A program made the translations under genes and the position numbers. A stretch of DNA of 64,000 bases from an uncultured Planctomycetota bacterium (GTDB taxonomy: Bacteria; Planctomycetota; Planctomycetia; Isosphaerales; Isosphaeraceae), in assembly GCA_963845755.1 (NCBI GenBank), contig CAWJTV010000015.1, positions 32,001-96,000 of the forward strand, written 5' to 3'. This document shows, piece by piece, positions 28,922-38,388 of this stretch. A model generated the notes under the pieces. The model searched no databases, was not told where the DNA came from, and saw only the letters and a program-made list of their open reading frames with translations. Each line of letters begins with the position of its first letter. The stretch's first letter is position 1.

Positions 28922-30268
28922 TCAGCGGGGCTCGTCTCGCGATCGGTGTCGATCCACCCACTCGAGGGCCTCTTTCTTGCTATGGATCTGGGCTTCCAGT
29001 TGGGCTTCTCGGACCCGATCGAGCAGATCCTTGAACTCCGGCCCCGGCGTCAATCCATGCCGAACCAGGTCGTGCCCGGTCAAGAGCGGCGGAGGATTGA
29101 TCGGTCCGGTGGGCTGAGCCTCCAGGTAGTAGCGAGCGTAGTCGACGTGTTCGGTATTCCCCGTCGAGGCCAGCGCGTCGGCGCGATGAAGCATCAGCAG
29201 TTCCTCGATCCCCGGCTCCGCCAGGACGCGCTTCAACTTGGATTCGCGGAGCCGCTTGGCCTCACCCAGGTACTGGTGATAGGCGACGAGCCAGGTGATC
29301 TGCTCGCGTTCCGTGTTGGAGAGTTTGAGAGACCGGCACACGCGGTCGGCGATCCGGGCACCCGCCTGTTCGTGGTTATGGAAGCTGTATCGGGCGTTCT
29401 GGAAAACTCGCGTCGATGGCTTGCCGATGTCGTGCAGGAGCGCGGCGAACGCCAGAATAAAAGGCGGTTCCGGTGGCAGCAACGAGAGGACCAGCAGGGT
29501 ATGCTCCCAGAGGTCCCCTTCGGGCTGAATGGGCTTGCCCTGGAATAGGCCTTTCATCCGGACTACTTGCGGAAGGATCGCGGCCAGGACGCCGGTCTCC
29601 AGGGCAAGTTCCATGGCACGGGTCCGAGAAGGGTGAACGAGCATCCGCCGCAGCTCTTGCGCGATCCGCTCGGCCGAAACGGTGACGACCTGGCCGGCCA
29701 TCGCGCGGATCGCCGCGATCGTGGCCGGTTCGATCTGGAACCGGAACCGCGCCGCGAGGCGGACGGCCCGAAGCAGCCGCAGCTTGTCCTCGCGGAAGCG
29801 GGCTGAGGGATCGCCGATGGCGCGAAGGACCCGCTGTTCCAGGTCCTCGCGGCCCCCAACATAGTCGATCAGCCGGTTCGTCAGGGGATCCAGAAACATG
29901 CCATTGATCGTGAAGTCGCGCCGCGCTGCGTCGAGCTCGGGGGAGCCGAAAACGACGGACTCGGGCCGACGGCCATCGACGTAGGCCCCATCGCTCCGAA
30001 ACGTGGCGACCTCGACCTCCACGCCATGGTGACGCGGGTCGCGGACCCGCACCACCCCGAAGGAGATGCCGACGGGCACGGATCGGTAGGGCAAGACCTT
30101 CATGACTTGCTCGGGAGTCGCGGCGGTCGCCACGTCGTAGTCCGCCGGCGTCTGGCCCAGGATCAGGTCGCGGACGCAGCCACCGGCCCAGAGCGAGAGA
30201 TAGCCCGCCTCGACGAGCCGCCGGACCACTCGCAAGGCGAAATCGCGGCGTGCCTCGGCGTCAGTCAT
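28922..30268 (-). CDS. cca: CCA tRNA nucleotidyltransferase / poly(A) polymerase family protein with HD domain
   Basis: GGCVRD, DYDVAT, EVATFRSD, RRDFTIN, FREDKLRLLRAVR, ALLHDIGKP. Start MTDAEARR (30268) overlaps the rsmD stop. Confidence 0.88.
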   Translation of the reverse strand: MTDAEARRDFALRVVRRLVEAGYLSLWAGGCVRDLILGQTPADYDVATAATPEQVMKVLPYRSVPVGISFGVVRVRDPRHHGVEVEVATFRSDGAYVDGRRPESVVFGSPELDAARRDFTINGMFLDPLTNRLIDYVGGREDLEQRVLRAIGDPSARFREDKLRLLRAVRLAARFRFQIEPATIAAIRAMAGQVVTVSAERIAQELRRMLVHPSRTRAMELALETGVLAAILPQVVRMKGLFQGKPIQPEGDLWEHTLLVLSLLPPEPPFILAFAALLHDIGKPSTRVFQNARYSFHNHEQAGARIADRVCRSLKLSNTEREQITWLVAYHQYLGEAKRLRESKLKRVLAEPGIEELLMLHRADALASTGNTEHVDYARYYLEAQPTGPINPPPLLTGHDLVRHGLTPGPEFKDLLDRVREAQLEAQIHSKKEALEWVDRHRSRDEPR

Positions 30269-30920
30269 CGGGGGCGTCCTCCGATTCCGTGCCCTGCGAC
30301 GCCTCGTCAACGTCCGGCGAGTCCGCCGGCTCGTCCCCGTCGGCCGACCCCTCCTCGGGCGCCGATACAACCCGGAGCGCGACCTGCGTGCTCCCGTAGC
30401 GGCGAATGTCCCACGTGTCAAATTCCGGTAAGATTCGCCCATCGAGGATTCGCCCGGACTCCAGCGCCACGACCGACCCGGGGGGCAGTTTCTCGACAAT
30501 CCGGGCGAACATCTGGTTCAGGTATCGAGCATGGATCTCGTATTCGCGATAAGGCGGGTCGAGAAAGACCACGATCGGGCGATCGTCGGGGGGCTGGAAG
30601 GACCTGGCCCATCGGTAAGCGTCACCGTGCCGGACCTGGGTGCGGTCCTGGTACCGGAGCGTGGCGATGTTTCGGCGAATCAGGCTCACGTTATCCCGGT
30701 CCCGCTCGAGGAAGATCGCGTGCCGAGCCCCGCGGCTCAATGCCTCCAATCCGAGGGCTCCCGTTCCGGCGAAGAGGTCGACTACGTCGCGGTCGACGAC
30801 CAATTCCCCCAGGATGTTGAAGAGCGACTCGCGGACCAGATCACTGGTCGGTCGAGTACCAGTCAACGCCCGTGGCCCATCGATCTTGTGCCCGCGTCGC
30901 TCTCCCGCGATGATCCTCAT
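30261..30920 (-). CDS. rsmD: 16S rRNA m2G966 methyltransferase RsmD family
   Basis: MRIIAG, TRPTSDLVRESLFNIL, DLFAGTGALGLEALSRGA, FLDPPY. Confidence 0.92.
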   Translation of the reverse strand: MRIIAGERRGHKIDGPRALTGTRPTSDLVRESLFNILGELVVDRDVVDLFAGTGALGLEALSRGARHAIFLERDRDNVSLIRRNIATLRYQDRTQVRHGDAYRWARSFQPPDDRPIVVFLDPPYREYEIHARYLNQMFARIVEKLPPGSVVALESGRILDGRILPEFDTWDIRRYGSTQVALRVVSAPEEGSADGDEPADSPDVDEASQGTESEDAPDD

Positions 30921-31535
30921 GCCTGCACAGCCCCGTCGCGTTGAATGGATTGAGTTCGCACGGCATATCAGAACAAGGATCGGATCGGATCGGCCCTCCG
31001 TGATTCGCCGCTCATTCCGATCTTACCAAACCTGGGCCCGACTCAGAGAACGGTGCCTCGCCTGGTCTCTAGAGCGCTCAACGCTTGGATGAAGATCGCC
31101 GGACGGAGCCGGCTCCTACAAAACGACGGTGGTCCGGCCGGAAGTCCGGGGGTAGGAGGGGGCTCTGTCCCCCGACCGTCAGCCACCCAAGCGTTAATCG
31201 CTCTAGGATCGCACGCCATCAACCGGGGATGGTCCGATCTCCTGGTCAGAATTCGTGAAACGATGCGGGTCGAAGATTTCTCGCGGCCCAAGAAAACGGT
31301 CCGATCGGCCCCGCGATGGCGCTATTCATTAGAGGACGAGATCGCGGTCTGCGCCTTGTTCGCAACGCGACACCTGGCTCGCAACACGCCACCTGCCGCG
31401 GATTCCGCCAGCCTAAAATGTGATTTTTGTTTAAACTCTGGCCGATCTCGCTAGAATGAGGTGCTGGTATTGGGGTTGTATCAACTCCAGGACAACACAA
31501 TCCGTGGATGCATTCACGCCTTGCGGAGTGACCAT

Positions 31536-34023
31536 TTGAGTATCCAACAACGTGCGCATGTCCGTGGTTCGGTTCGTCGCCTGGCGTTGTGGGTGACGAT
31601 GCTGTTCCTGTCGCTGTTCGTCCCCGGGACATTCAGCCTCGGGCAAGACAGCCCGGCGGTGGCGCGGTTCGAGGATCAGGTCCAGCCAGTTCTTGTAGAT
31701 TACTGTTACCGCTGTCACGGTCTTGGAATGACTAAGGGCGGTATCTCGTTCGATGGATGGGATTCCGACACAACAATCCTGAAGAATCGCGACCTGTGGT
31801 GGGCGGTTCTCAAGAACGTCCGAGCCGGGATCATGCCCCCAGCGAACAAGCCCCGTCCCGATCCGAAGGAGATGCAGGCCCTCGCCAATTGGATCAAACG
31901 AGACGTATTCGGCCTGGATCCGGACCAGCCGGATCCCGGTCGGGTGACCGTCCGGCGCCTCAATCGGGTCGAATACCGCAACACGATCAAGGACCTGATG
32001 GGGATTGATTTCAAGGCGGAGGAGGAATTCCCACCCGACGATACGGGGTATGGGTTCGACAATATCGGCGACGTACTGACAGTTTCTCCACTCCTGCTCG
32101 AGAAGTACTTCCAGGCCGCCGAAACCATCGTCAAGACCGCCGTGCCGACGGCCGCGAAGGTTATCCCCGAGCGGACCTATCGCGGCGTCGAATTCCGGGG
32201 CGAAGAGCGTGGACTCAACGGCGACCGCCTGGCGTTCGGCAAGGCGGCGAAGGTCTCGCACGCCTTCAGCGCCGATCCATCGGGAGATTACCGGTTTGCG
32301 CTCGAAGTCGCCGTTCAGCGCGGTTCCAAGGCCAAGCCCGATCGGTGCACGGTCGTCTTCAGGGCGGGGGATCGTGAACTCCTTCGCGAGAGTTATGGCG
32401 CGGCGGAGAATAGGGCGTTCTCCTATACATTCGATCAGAGATTCTCGGGCGACCAACGATTCACATTCGAGGTCATTCCCGAGAAGTCCGAGGCTGGAAA
32501 GACGACACAAACTGAGGCGGAGTCCAAATCCAAGACGGCGGCAAGCGATCCGAAAACAGCGGCGGCGGCGTTCCGAGTCGTTTCCCTTCGTGTGCAAGGG
32601 CCGACGGATCCGAAGCACTGGACGCGGCCTTCCCGCTATGAACGCTTCTTCCCCAAGGACGAACCTCCTACCGTCGATCCCGAGCGCAGTCAGTATGCCC
32701 GCAAGGTTCTCGAACGGTTCGTGAAGCGAGCGTTTCGGCGGCCGGCCGATGAGCGGACAATCCATCGCTTGATCGCCATCGCCGAACGGATTTACCAGCT
32801 TCCGGGCAAGCGGTTCGAGGAGGGGATCGCGCAGGCGATGGTGGCCGTTCTGGCCTCGCCGCGGTTCGTCTTTCGCATCGAGTCGGTCGAGCCCGGACAA
32901 CGGGCAAAGGCCCCGGCTTTGCTGGATGAATACACGCTTGCTTCACGACTTTCCTATTTTCTCTGGTCAACCATGCCCGATGACGAGCTGTTTGATCTGG
33001 CCGAGCGGGGGAAGCTACGGGCCGACCTGAAGAATCAGGTCAAGCGAATGTTGGGGGATTCGCGTGGCCACGCCTTGACGCAAAATTTTGTCGGCCAGTG
33101 GCTTCAGGTGCGGGACCTGGATGGGATCTATTTCAACGAGCGAGCGATCCTCCGGCGCGAGGGGATCCGGCTGCGGGGCGCCGACACCGAGCGCAACGTG
33201 CTGGTCCGCGAGGTGCGCCAGGCCATGAAGCGGGAAACCGAGATGGCCTTCGAGTCCGTCGCGCGGGAAGACGGCAGCGTGCTGGACTGGATCGACTGCG
33301 ATTACACGTTCCTCAATGCCAGGCTCGCCAAGCATTACGGAATCCCCGGCGTGGAGGGGAGCGAGATGCGAAGGGTGACGCTCCCCAAGGACAGCCCGCG
33401 CGGCGGCGTGCTGACGCACGGGACCGTGCTGGCCGTGACTTCGAATCCGTCACGCACCTCTCCGGTGAAACGGGGCCAGTTCATCCTCGACAACATCCTG
33501 GGGACACCGGCACCTCCTCCTCCGCCAGACATCCCGGCGCTCGAGGCATCGAAGAAGGAGTTCAAAGACCACGACCCGACGACCCGGGAGCTCATGGCGC
33601 ATCCATCGCAGCAAGCCGATGTGCAACGCCTGTCATGCCCGGATGGATCCGCTGGGCCTGGCCCTGGATAATTTCAACCCGCTGGGCCTGTGGCGCGAGG
33701 CCGAGAGCAATCAAAAGATCGATGCCACGGGCCGCTTGATCACGGGTGAGTCGTTCAAGGACATCCGAGACCTGAAGCGGACCCTCAAGGAAAGGCATCG
33801 CCTGGATTTCTACCGGTGCGTGACCGAGAAGCTCCTCACCTATGCCTTGGGGCGGGGCCTTGAGTATTATGATGTCGAAACCGTGGACCAGATCGTTGAG
33901 CGCCTGGATCGCGAGAACGGGCGGTTCTCGGCCCTGCTGATGGGAGTGATCGAATCGGCGCCGTTCCAGAAGCGGCGAAACAATCCCGCTACGACCTCCG
34001 GATCGACGGCGTCTTCCGGCTAA
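31536..34023 (+). CDS. DUF1592-family protein (cytochrome c + DUF1587/1595/1592/1588/1585); 1 frameshift (~33600); start uncertain
   Basis: Signal peptide, CYRCH heme motif, RRLNRVEYRNTI, DDTGYGFDN, LASRLSYFLWSTMPD, RTSPVKRG, CNACHARMDPLG, KLLTYALGRGL. Confidence 0.9.
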
Positions 34024-34038
34024 ATGGTTGACAGGTAC

Positions 34039-34097
34039 GTAGGTCAGGCTTTCCGGCCTGACTCTCCCGAATCCTCAGGCTGGAAAGCCTGACCTAC
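34039..34097. repeat. GTAG-type REP doublet (REPIN-like hairpin)
   Basis: gtaggtcaggctttccggcctga (34039-34061) and tcaggctggaaagcctgacctac (34075-34097) are inverted at 22/23 positions. Each arm is itself palindromic and carries the GTAG foot. Confidence 0.75.
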
Positions 34098-34108
34098 GAG
34101 TGTAACCC

Positions 34109-35521
34109 ATGAAACCAGACCATCCGCACGACGAAACGGCCTTGGCCCAACGGTACGCGAGCCTGAGCCGTCGCCATTTCCTCCGAGGGTTGGGTGTTTC
34201 GCTGGCCCTCCCTGCGATGGACTCCCTGCTCTCTCGCGGTGCTGGCACGGCGGCGGCCGCCGAGGCCGCCGGACTGCCGGCGACCACCGCGACGGGGGCT
34301 CCGCTCCGGATGGCCTTCGTCTACGTCCCCAATGGCGTCAACCAGAAGTGCTGGTGGCCGAAAACCGAAGGGAAAGACTTCGAGCTGACCCCCACCCTCC
34401 AGCCGCTGGAACGGCTCAAGAACCAGTTCCAGATCATCGGCGGTCTGGACCAGATCAATGCCACCGGCGGCAAGGACGGGCCGGGCGATCATGCGCGTGC
34501 CTGTGCGACGTTCTTGACCGGCCTCCGGGCCAAGAAGACCGCAGGTGCGGATATCCAAGTGGGCGTCTCGATCGACCAGGTCGCGGCGCGTCGGATCGGT
34601 CACCTCACCCGGTTCCCCTCGCTCGAGCTGGCTTGCGACGCCGCGCGGAAGTCCGGGAACTGCGACTCCGGCTACTCGTGCGCCTACCAGTTCAACCTGT
34701 CGTGGGCGGCACCGTCACTACCGATGACGCCCGAGCCCAATCCGCGGTTCGCATTCGAGCGCCTCTTCGGCGCCGGCTCGCCCGGAGAGCGCGGCAAGAA
34801 CCTGAAGCTCCGCCAGGAGCAGCAACGGTCGATCCTGGATTTCGTCCTCGAAGACACACGGGCCTTGCAGCACGAGCTGGGCTACCGCGATCAGCGGAAG
34901 CTTGACGAGTACCTGAACAGCGTCCGGGAGATCGAGCGCCGCATCCAGGCGGCCGAGCGGTTCCAGGACGTGCCCAATCCCAACGCGGAAGCCCCGGCCG
35001 GGATCCCGGCCAGCTTCCTCGACCACGTCCAGCTCATGTACGACCTGCTCTTCCTGGCCTTCCAGACCGACTCGACGCGAATCGCCACCTTCCTGCTGGC
35101 CTACGAGTCGAGCAACCGCACGTTCCCCGATATCGGCATCACCGACGGACACCACAACCTGTCGCATCACCAGGGCAAGAAAGCCAACCTCGAGAAGATC
35201 GCCCAGATCGACCTGTGGTATATGCAACAGTTCGCGCGGTTCCTCCAGCGGCTGGACGAGGCCAAGGATGTCGATGGGCATTCGATGCTCCACAATTCGA
35301 TGATCGTCTATGGAAGCGGAAACGGCGACGGCAACCGCCACAATCACAACAACCTGCCGTTCATCCTGGCCGGACGCGGTGGCGGCAATCTCTCGTCGGG
35401 CCGCTATCTCAAGCTCAAGGCCCAGCCAATGAGCAACCTGTACCTGGGCATGCTCGATCGCGTGGGAATCCACGACGTCAGCCGCCACGGCGATTCGACC
35501 GGGCGGTTCGAGGGGATTTGA
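34109..35521 (+). CDS. DUF1552 (HXXSHH) family protein, Tat signal
   Basis: SRRHFLRGLG, RMAFVYVPNG, SIDQVAA, RFPSLEL, GYSCAY, GHHNLSHH, GNRHNHNNLP, HGDSTG. Confidence 0.92.
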   Translation: MKPDHPHDETALAQRYASLSRRHFLRGLGVSLALPAMDSLLSRGAGTAAAAEAAGLPATTATGAPLRMAFVYVPNGVNQKCWWPKTEGKDFELTPTLQPLERLKNQFQIIGGLDQINATGGKDGPGDHARACATFLTGLRAKKTAGADIQVGVSIDQVAARRIGHLTRFPSLELACDAARKSGNCDSGYSCAYQFNLSWAAPSLPMTPEPNPRFAFERLFGAGSPGERGKNLKLRQEQQRSILDFVLEDTRALQHELGYRDQRKLDEYLNSVREIERRIQAAERFQDVPNPNAEAPAGIPASFLDHVQLMYDLLFLAFQTDSTRIATFLLAYESSNRTFPDIGITDGHHNLSHHQGKKANLEKIAQIDLWYMQQFARFLQRLDEAKDVDGHSMLHNSMIVYGSGNGDGNRHNHNNLPFILAGRGGGNLSSGRYLKLKAQPMSNLYLGMLDRVGIHDVSRHGDSTGRFEGI

Positions 35522-35581
35522 ACAGATCTTACTCCACCGGTCGGATCAGGATAGATTTGATGTGGCCGGTGGAGATCCGAC

Positions 35582-36204
35582 ATGCCGATATGGCGATCTT
35601 GGAGCGGCCTGCCGGTCGGCCACTTCCGGATGGCGCCGCCCTTCAGGACCGCGAGTCGAAGGACGCAACCGAAAGCGGGATCGCCATTGCTGACACGCCG
35701 CCGACCCCGCGCGTGGTCGCCAGGATCGAGAGTTTCATCTTCGCGAAACGGGCCGACCGCATCGTGATTCGACATGGGCGCAGGGAGGATGTCGCGATCA
35801 TCGAGATCGTCTCTCCGGGCAACAAGGCCAGCCGCCACGCGCTCCGGACGTTCGTCGAGAAAGCCGCCGATATCCTCAATCAAGGCGTAAATCTGCTCGT
35901 CGTCAACCTCTTCCCAGCGACCCCCCGCGACCCCCAGGGCATTCACAAGGCGATCTGGGACGAGCTGGGCGACCAGCCATTCGAGCCGCCGCCCGGCAGG
36001 CCGCTGACCGTCGCGTCCTACCTCGGTGGAGACATCCCGACGGCCTATGTAGAACCCGTCGGGATCGGCGACGTGCTCCCGTCGCTGCCGATCTTCCTCT
36101 CCGAGACGCGCGACATCCCCGCCCCGTTGGAAACGACTTATCAGGAGGCCTGGGCGGTTTTCCCCGACATGCTCAAGGAACTCATCGAGTCGATGGGGAC
36201 GTGA
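35582..36204 (+). pseudogene. DUF4058-family gene, N-terminal region deleted
   Basis: GGAGA + ATG CCG ATA (MPI) is out of frame with the body VAIIEIVSPGNK...GVNLLVVNLFPATPRDPQGIH...LPSLPIFL...PLETTYQEAW. Confidence 0.65.
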
Positions 36205-36264
36205 GCGCCGATCGAAAGCGGACGGGCCTTCCGATCACTCATGATGTGCGTAGATGCGTCCACG

Positions 36265-36867
36265 TCATGCGATCCAGAGGTTGTGACAGGCTTGCTCGTA
36301 ACTGGATTCCAGGTTGAGAGGGACAACCAACTCCCGGCTTAACCAGAGGGGCCGTGTCGGCAGAGGTTGCCCGATGGTCAGCTCGTGCGACCAGGCTTCG
36401 AGGATCGTTCGATTCTCTTTGATAGTCCAGCGGCATGAGGCGGCGTACAAAGGCGGAGGGAGTTCGCCAAGTGTCGGGTCAGCATGCCCGATGAAGCTCA
36501 TGAACTCGGAGTAAAGGTTGGATTTTCGGACGGTCACGAAATCGATGATGCTCACGGCCACGCCTCTCTGGAGAAGTGCCGCGTACTTTGCGACGAAGAT
36601 ACTGCGGTGTTCCGGTCGGTCCTTGTTCGCAGGGCTGACGATTTCGACGGCGGCCACCAGGTGCCGTCCTCGGTGCGCATCGAAAACCCGGACCTCGTAC
36701 TCATCGTAATCGGCCTGCGAGCCGGAATGGACTCTCGGCTCGGCCACATATCCCGAGGGGAGTTGCTTGCGTAAGTGTTGCACGAGGACTGCGGGCCATT
36801 GCCCATGGAAACCTTCCCAGGAGGCGATTTCGTCCAGTGGCGGCCGATAATGATCGGGTAAAGGCAT
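36265..36867 (-). CDS. DUF4058-family protein, probably with an internal deletion
   Basis: MPLPDHYRPP...SWEGFHGQWP, YVAEPRVH, EYEVRVFD, LVAAVEIVSPANKDRPEHR, PLNLESSYEQAC; AGGAG RBS. Confidence 0.7.
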   Translation of the reverse strand: MPLPDHYRPPLDEIASWEGFHGQWPAVLVQHLRKQLPSGYVAEPRVHSGSQADYDEYEVRVFDAHRGRHLVAAVEIVSPANKDRPEHRSIFVAKYAALLQRGVAVSIIDFVTVRKSNLYSEFMSFIGHADPTLGELPPPLYAASCRWTIKENRTILEAWSHELTIGQPLPTRPLWLSRELVVPLNLESSYEQACHNLWIA

Positions 36868-37181
36868 CTGCAAGACTCCTTCAATTGCATCTTCGCAGAT
36901 ACTTCCTCGAAATCATGCGCACAAAGAGAATCCAAGGCCGGCCAGCCCTTTGATGTCGCTTGAGCCATCGGGGCGGATTCCGGATATCCTAGTCTACACC
37001 CGACGCGATTCGGCCGGGAATGGGGTCATCGGGGTAGGCACGGCTTGGCATGTCTCCTTGCGTTGACAGGTCTCGAGCGAGTACCGAAAACCTGACTGGG
37101 ATTCGCAATCTTCGGTATCGCCTACTTCCTGGCCTATCAATTGCGCGGCAATCCTGCCCAAGTTGCGCCGATTCCATACTC

Positions 37182-37226
37182 TATTGAATTGATAATATTA
37201 TATTTTATATATATAAATAATATATT
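37182..37226. other. Extremely AT-rich patch ~500 nt upstream of the act operon
   Basis: 45 nt with only 2 G (tattgaattgataatattatattttatatatataaataatatatt). Confidence 0.7.
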
Positions 37227-37634
37227 GTCCTGGTTTCAAGCGACCTTGTACCCGTACGAAATCGTCTACTCGGACGGCACTTTGATCTTCGTCGGCATCG
37301 GCGGGGCCGTGGGCTACCATCTCGACATTCGGCAACGACAGGCGGAAGTGCCGGAGTCCGGCAGCGGTCCGCACAGGGCTGTCCCGACGATGTGATCACA
37401 CGTCGAGGACGGACGGCTCCCATAGTCGAGAATCGATCTCGCCTAGATTCCCGCCATCGGGAAAAAGACGAGCCCAGGCCGCTCCATCGACTGGGCACCT
37501 GAGCGCATGGTTCGTGATGCGAACAGTCCGTCCTGACACGGGTTTCGAAGGTGGTTTGAGGGTTGGAGATTCGAATTGTGGATGCGTGACGTTCATGAAG
37601 AAATCGCTGGATTATCAGTCCGCGGAGGTTGAAA

Positions 37635-37651
37635 CCGGTCCAGGACTTGCT
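37635..37651 (+). promoter_or_regulatory. Possible sigma-54 promoter for the act-cta operon
   Basis: CCGGTCCAGGACTTGCT has GG-N10-GC with TTGCT, 80 nt before the actA start. The -24 box is divergent. Confidence 0.3.
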
Positions 37652-37731
37652 AAGGTAGTTGCCAGCTTGTCGGAACCTCGAAGACAGGACGTCCAGACGC
37701 CAGGAGAGCGTTTCGAGCGGAGAACGCGCCC

Positions 37732-38388
37732 GTGCAAGTCTTCCACCCGAGTGCCAATACCCTGTCACGACTGACGATCTATGGGTCGGTCGTGATGTTC
37801 CTGGGGCCCGTGGTCCTCACCTACCTGGTCCTGCGTTCTCCGTATCAGACGAAGGTCGGCGTCATTCAGCCGCAGCCGGTCCCGTTTTCGCACGAGCACC
37901 ATGTGCGCGGACTGGGGATCGATTGCCGGTATTGCCATACCACGGTGGAGTCCTCCGCGTTCGCCGGGTTACCACCAACCCACACGTGCATGAGCTGTCA
38001 CTCGCAGATCTGGTCAACGGCCGAGATGCTCGAACCCGTTCGGACCAGCCTCGCTCAGAAGAAGCCGCTCGTGTGGACCCGCGTCCACAACGTCCCCGAT
38101 TTCGTCTACTTCAACCACAGTATCCACGTAAACAAAGGCGTGGGCTGTGAGAGCTGCCACGGCCGGGTTGACCAGATGCCGATCCTCTGGAAAGCCGAGC
38201 CCATGACCATGGAGTGGTGCCTCAACTGTCATCGGAGCCCGGAACTTCACCTGCGCGAGCAGCGCGATATCTACAACATGGGATACGCCCTCTCGGAGCG
38301 ACAGCAACTCGAGATCGGGCGTGACCTGGTCAAGCGGAATCATATTGAGATCGACCGGTTGATCAATTGCTCGGTGTGCCATCGATGA
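37732..38388 (+). CDS. actA: Alternative complex III pentaheme cytochrome c subunit
   Basis: GTG start with GGAG, N-terminal TM, QPVPFSHEHH, and five CxxCH motifs (CRYCH, CMSCH, CESCH, CLNCH, CSVCH). Confidence 0.93.
   Translation: MQVFHPSANTLSRLTIYGSVVMFLGPVVLTYLVLRSPYQTKVGVIQPQPVPFSHEHHVRGLGIDCRYCHTTVESSAFAGLPPTHTCMSCHSQIWSTAEMLEPVRTSLAQKKPLVWTRVHNVPDFVYFNHSIHVNKGVGCESCHGRVDQMPILWKAEPMTMEWCLNCHRSPELHLREQRDIYNMGYALSERQQLEIGRDLVKRNHIEIDRLINCSVCHR

Noticed and set aside
37045..37062. Sigma-54-like ttggcatgtctccttgcg
   Set aside because: Spacing is 11 nt; it would work only if one base is an indel error, which cannot be tested here.
15097..37096. Exact 14-mer accgaaaacctgac at 15097-15110 and 37083-37096
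   Set aside because: A single 14-bp match within 64 kb is within chance expectation, and the flanks do not align.
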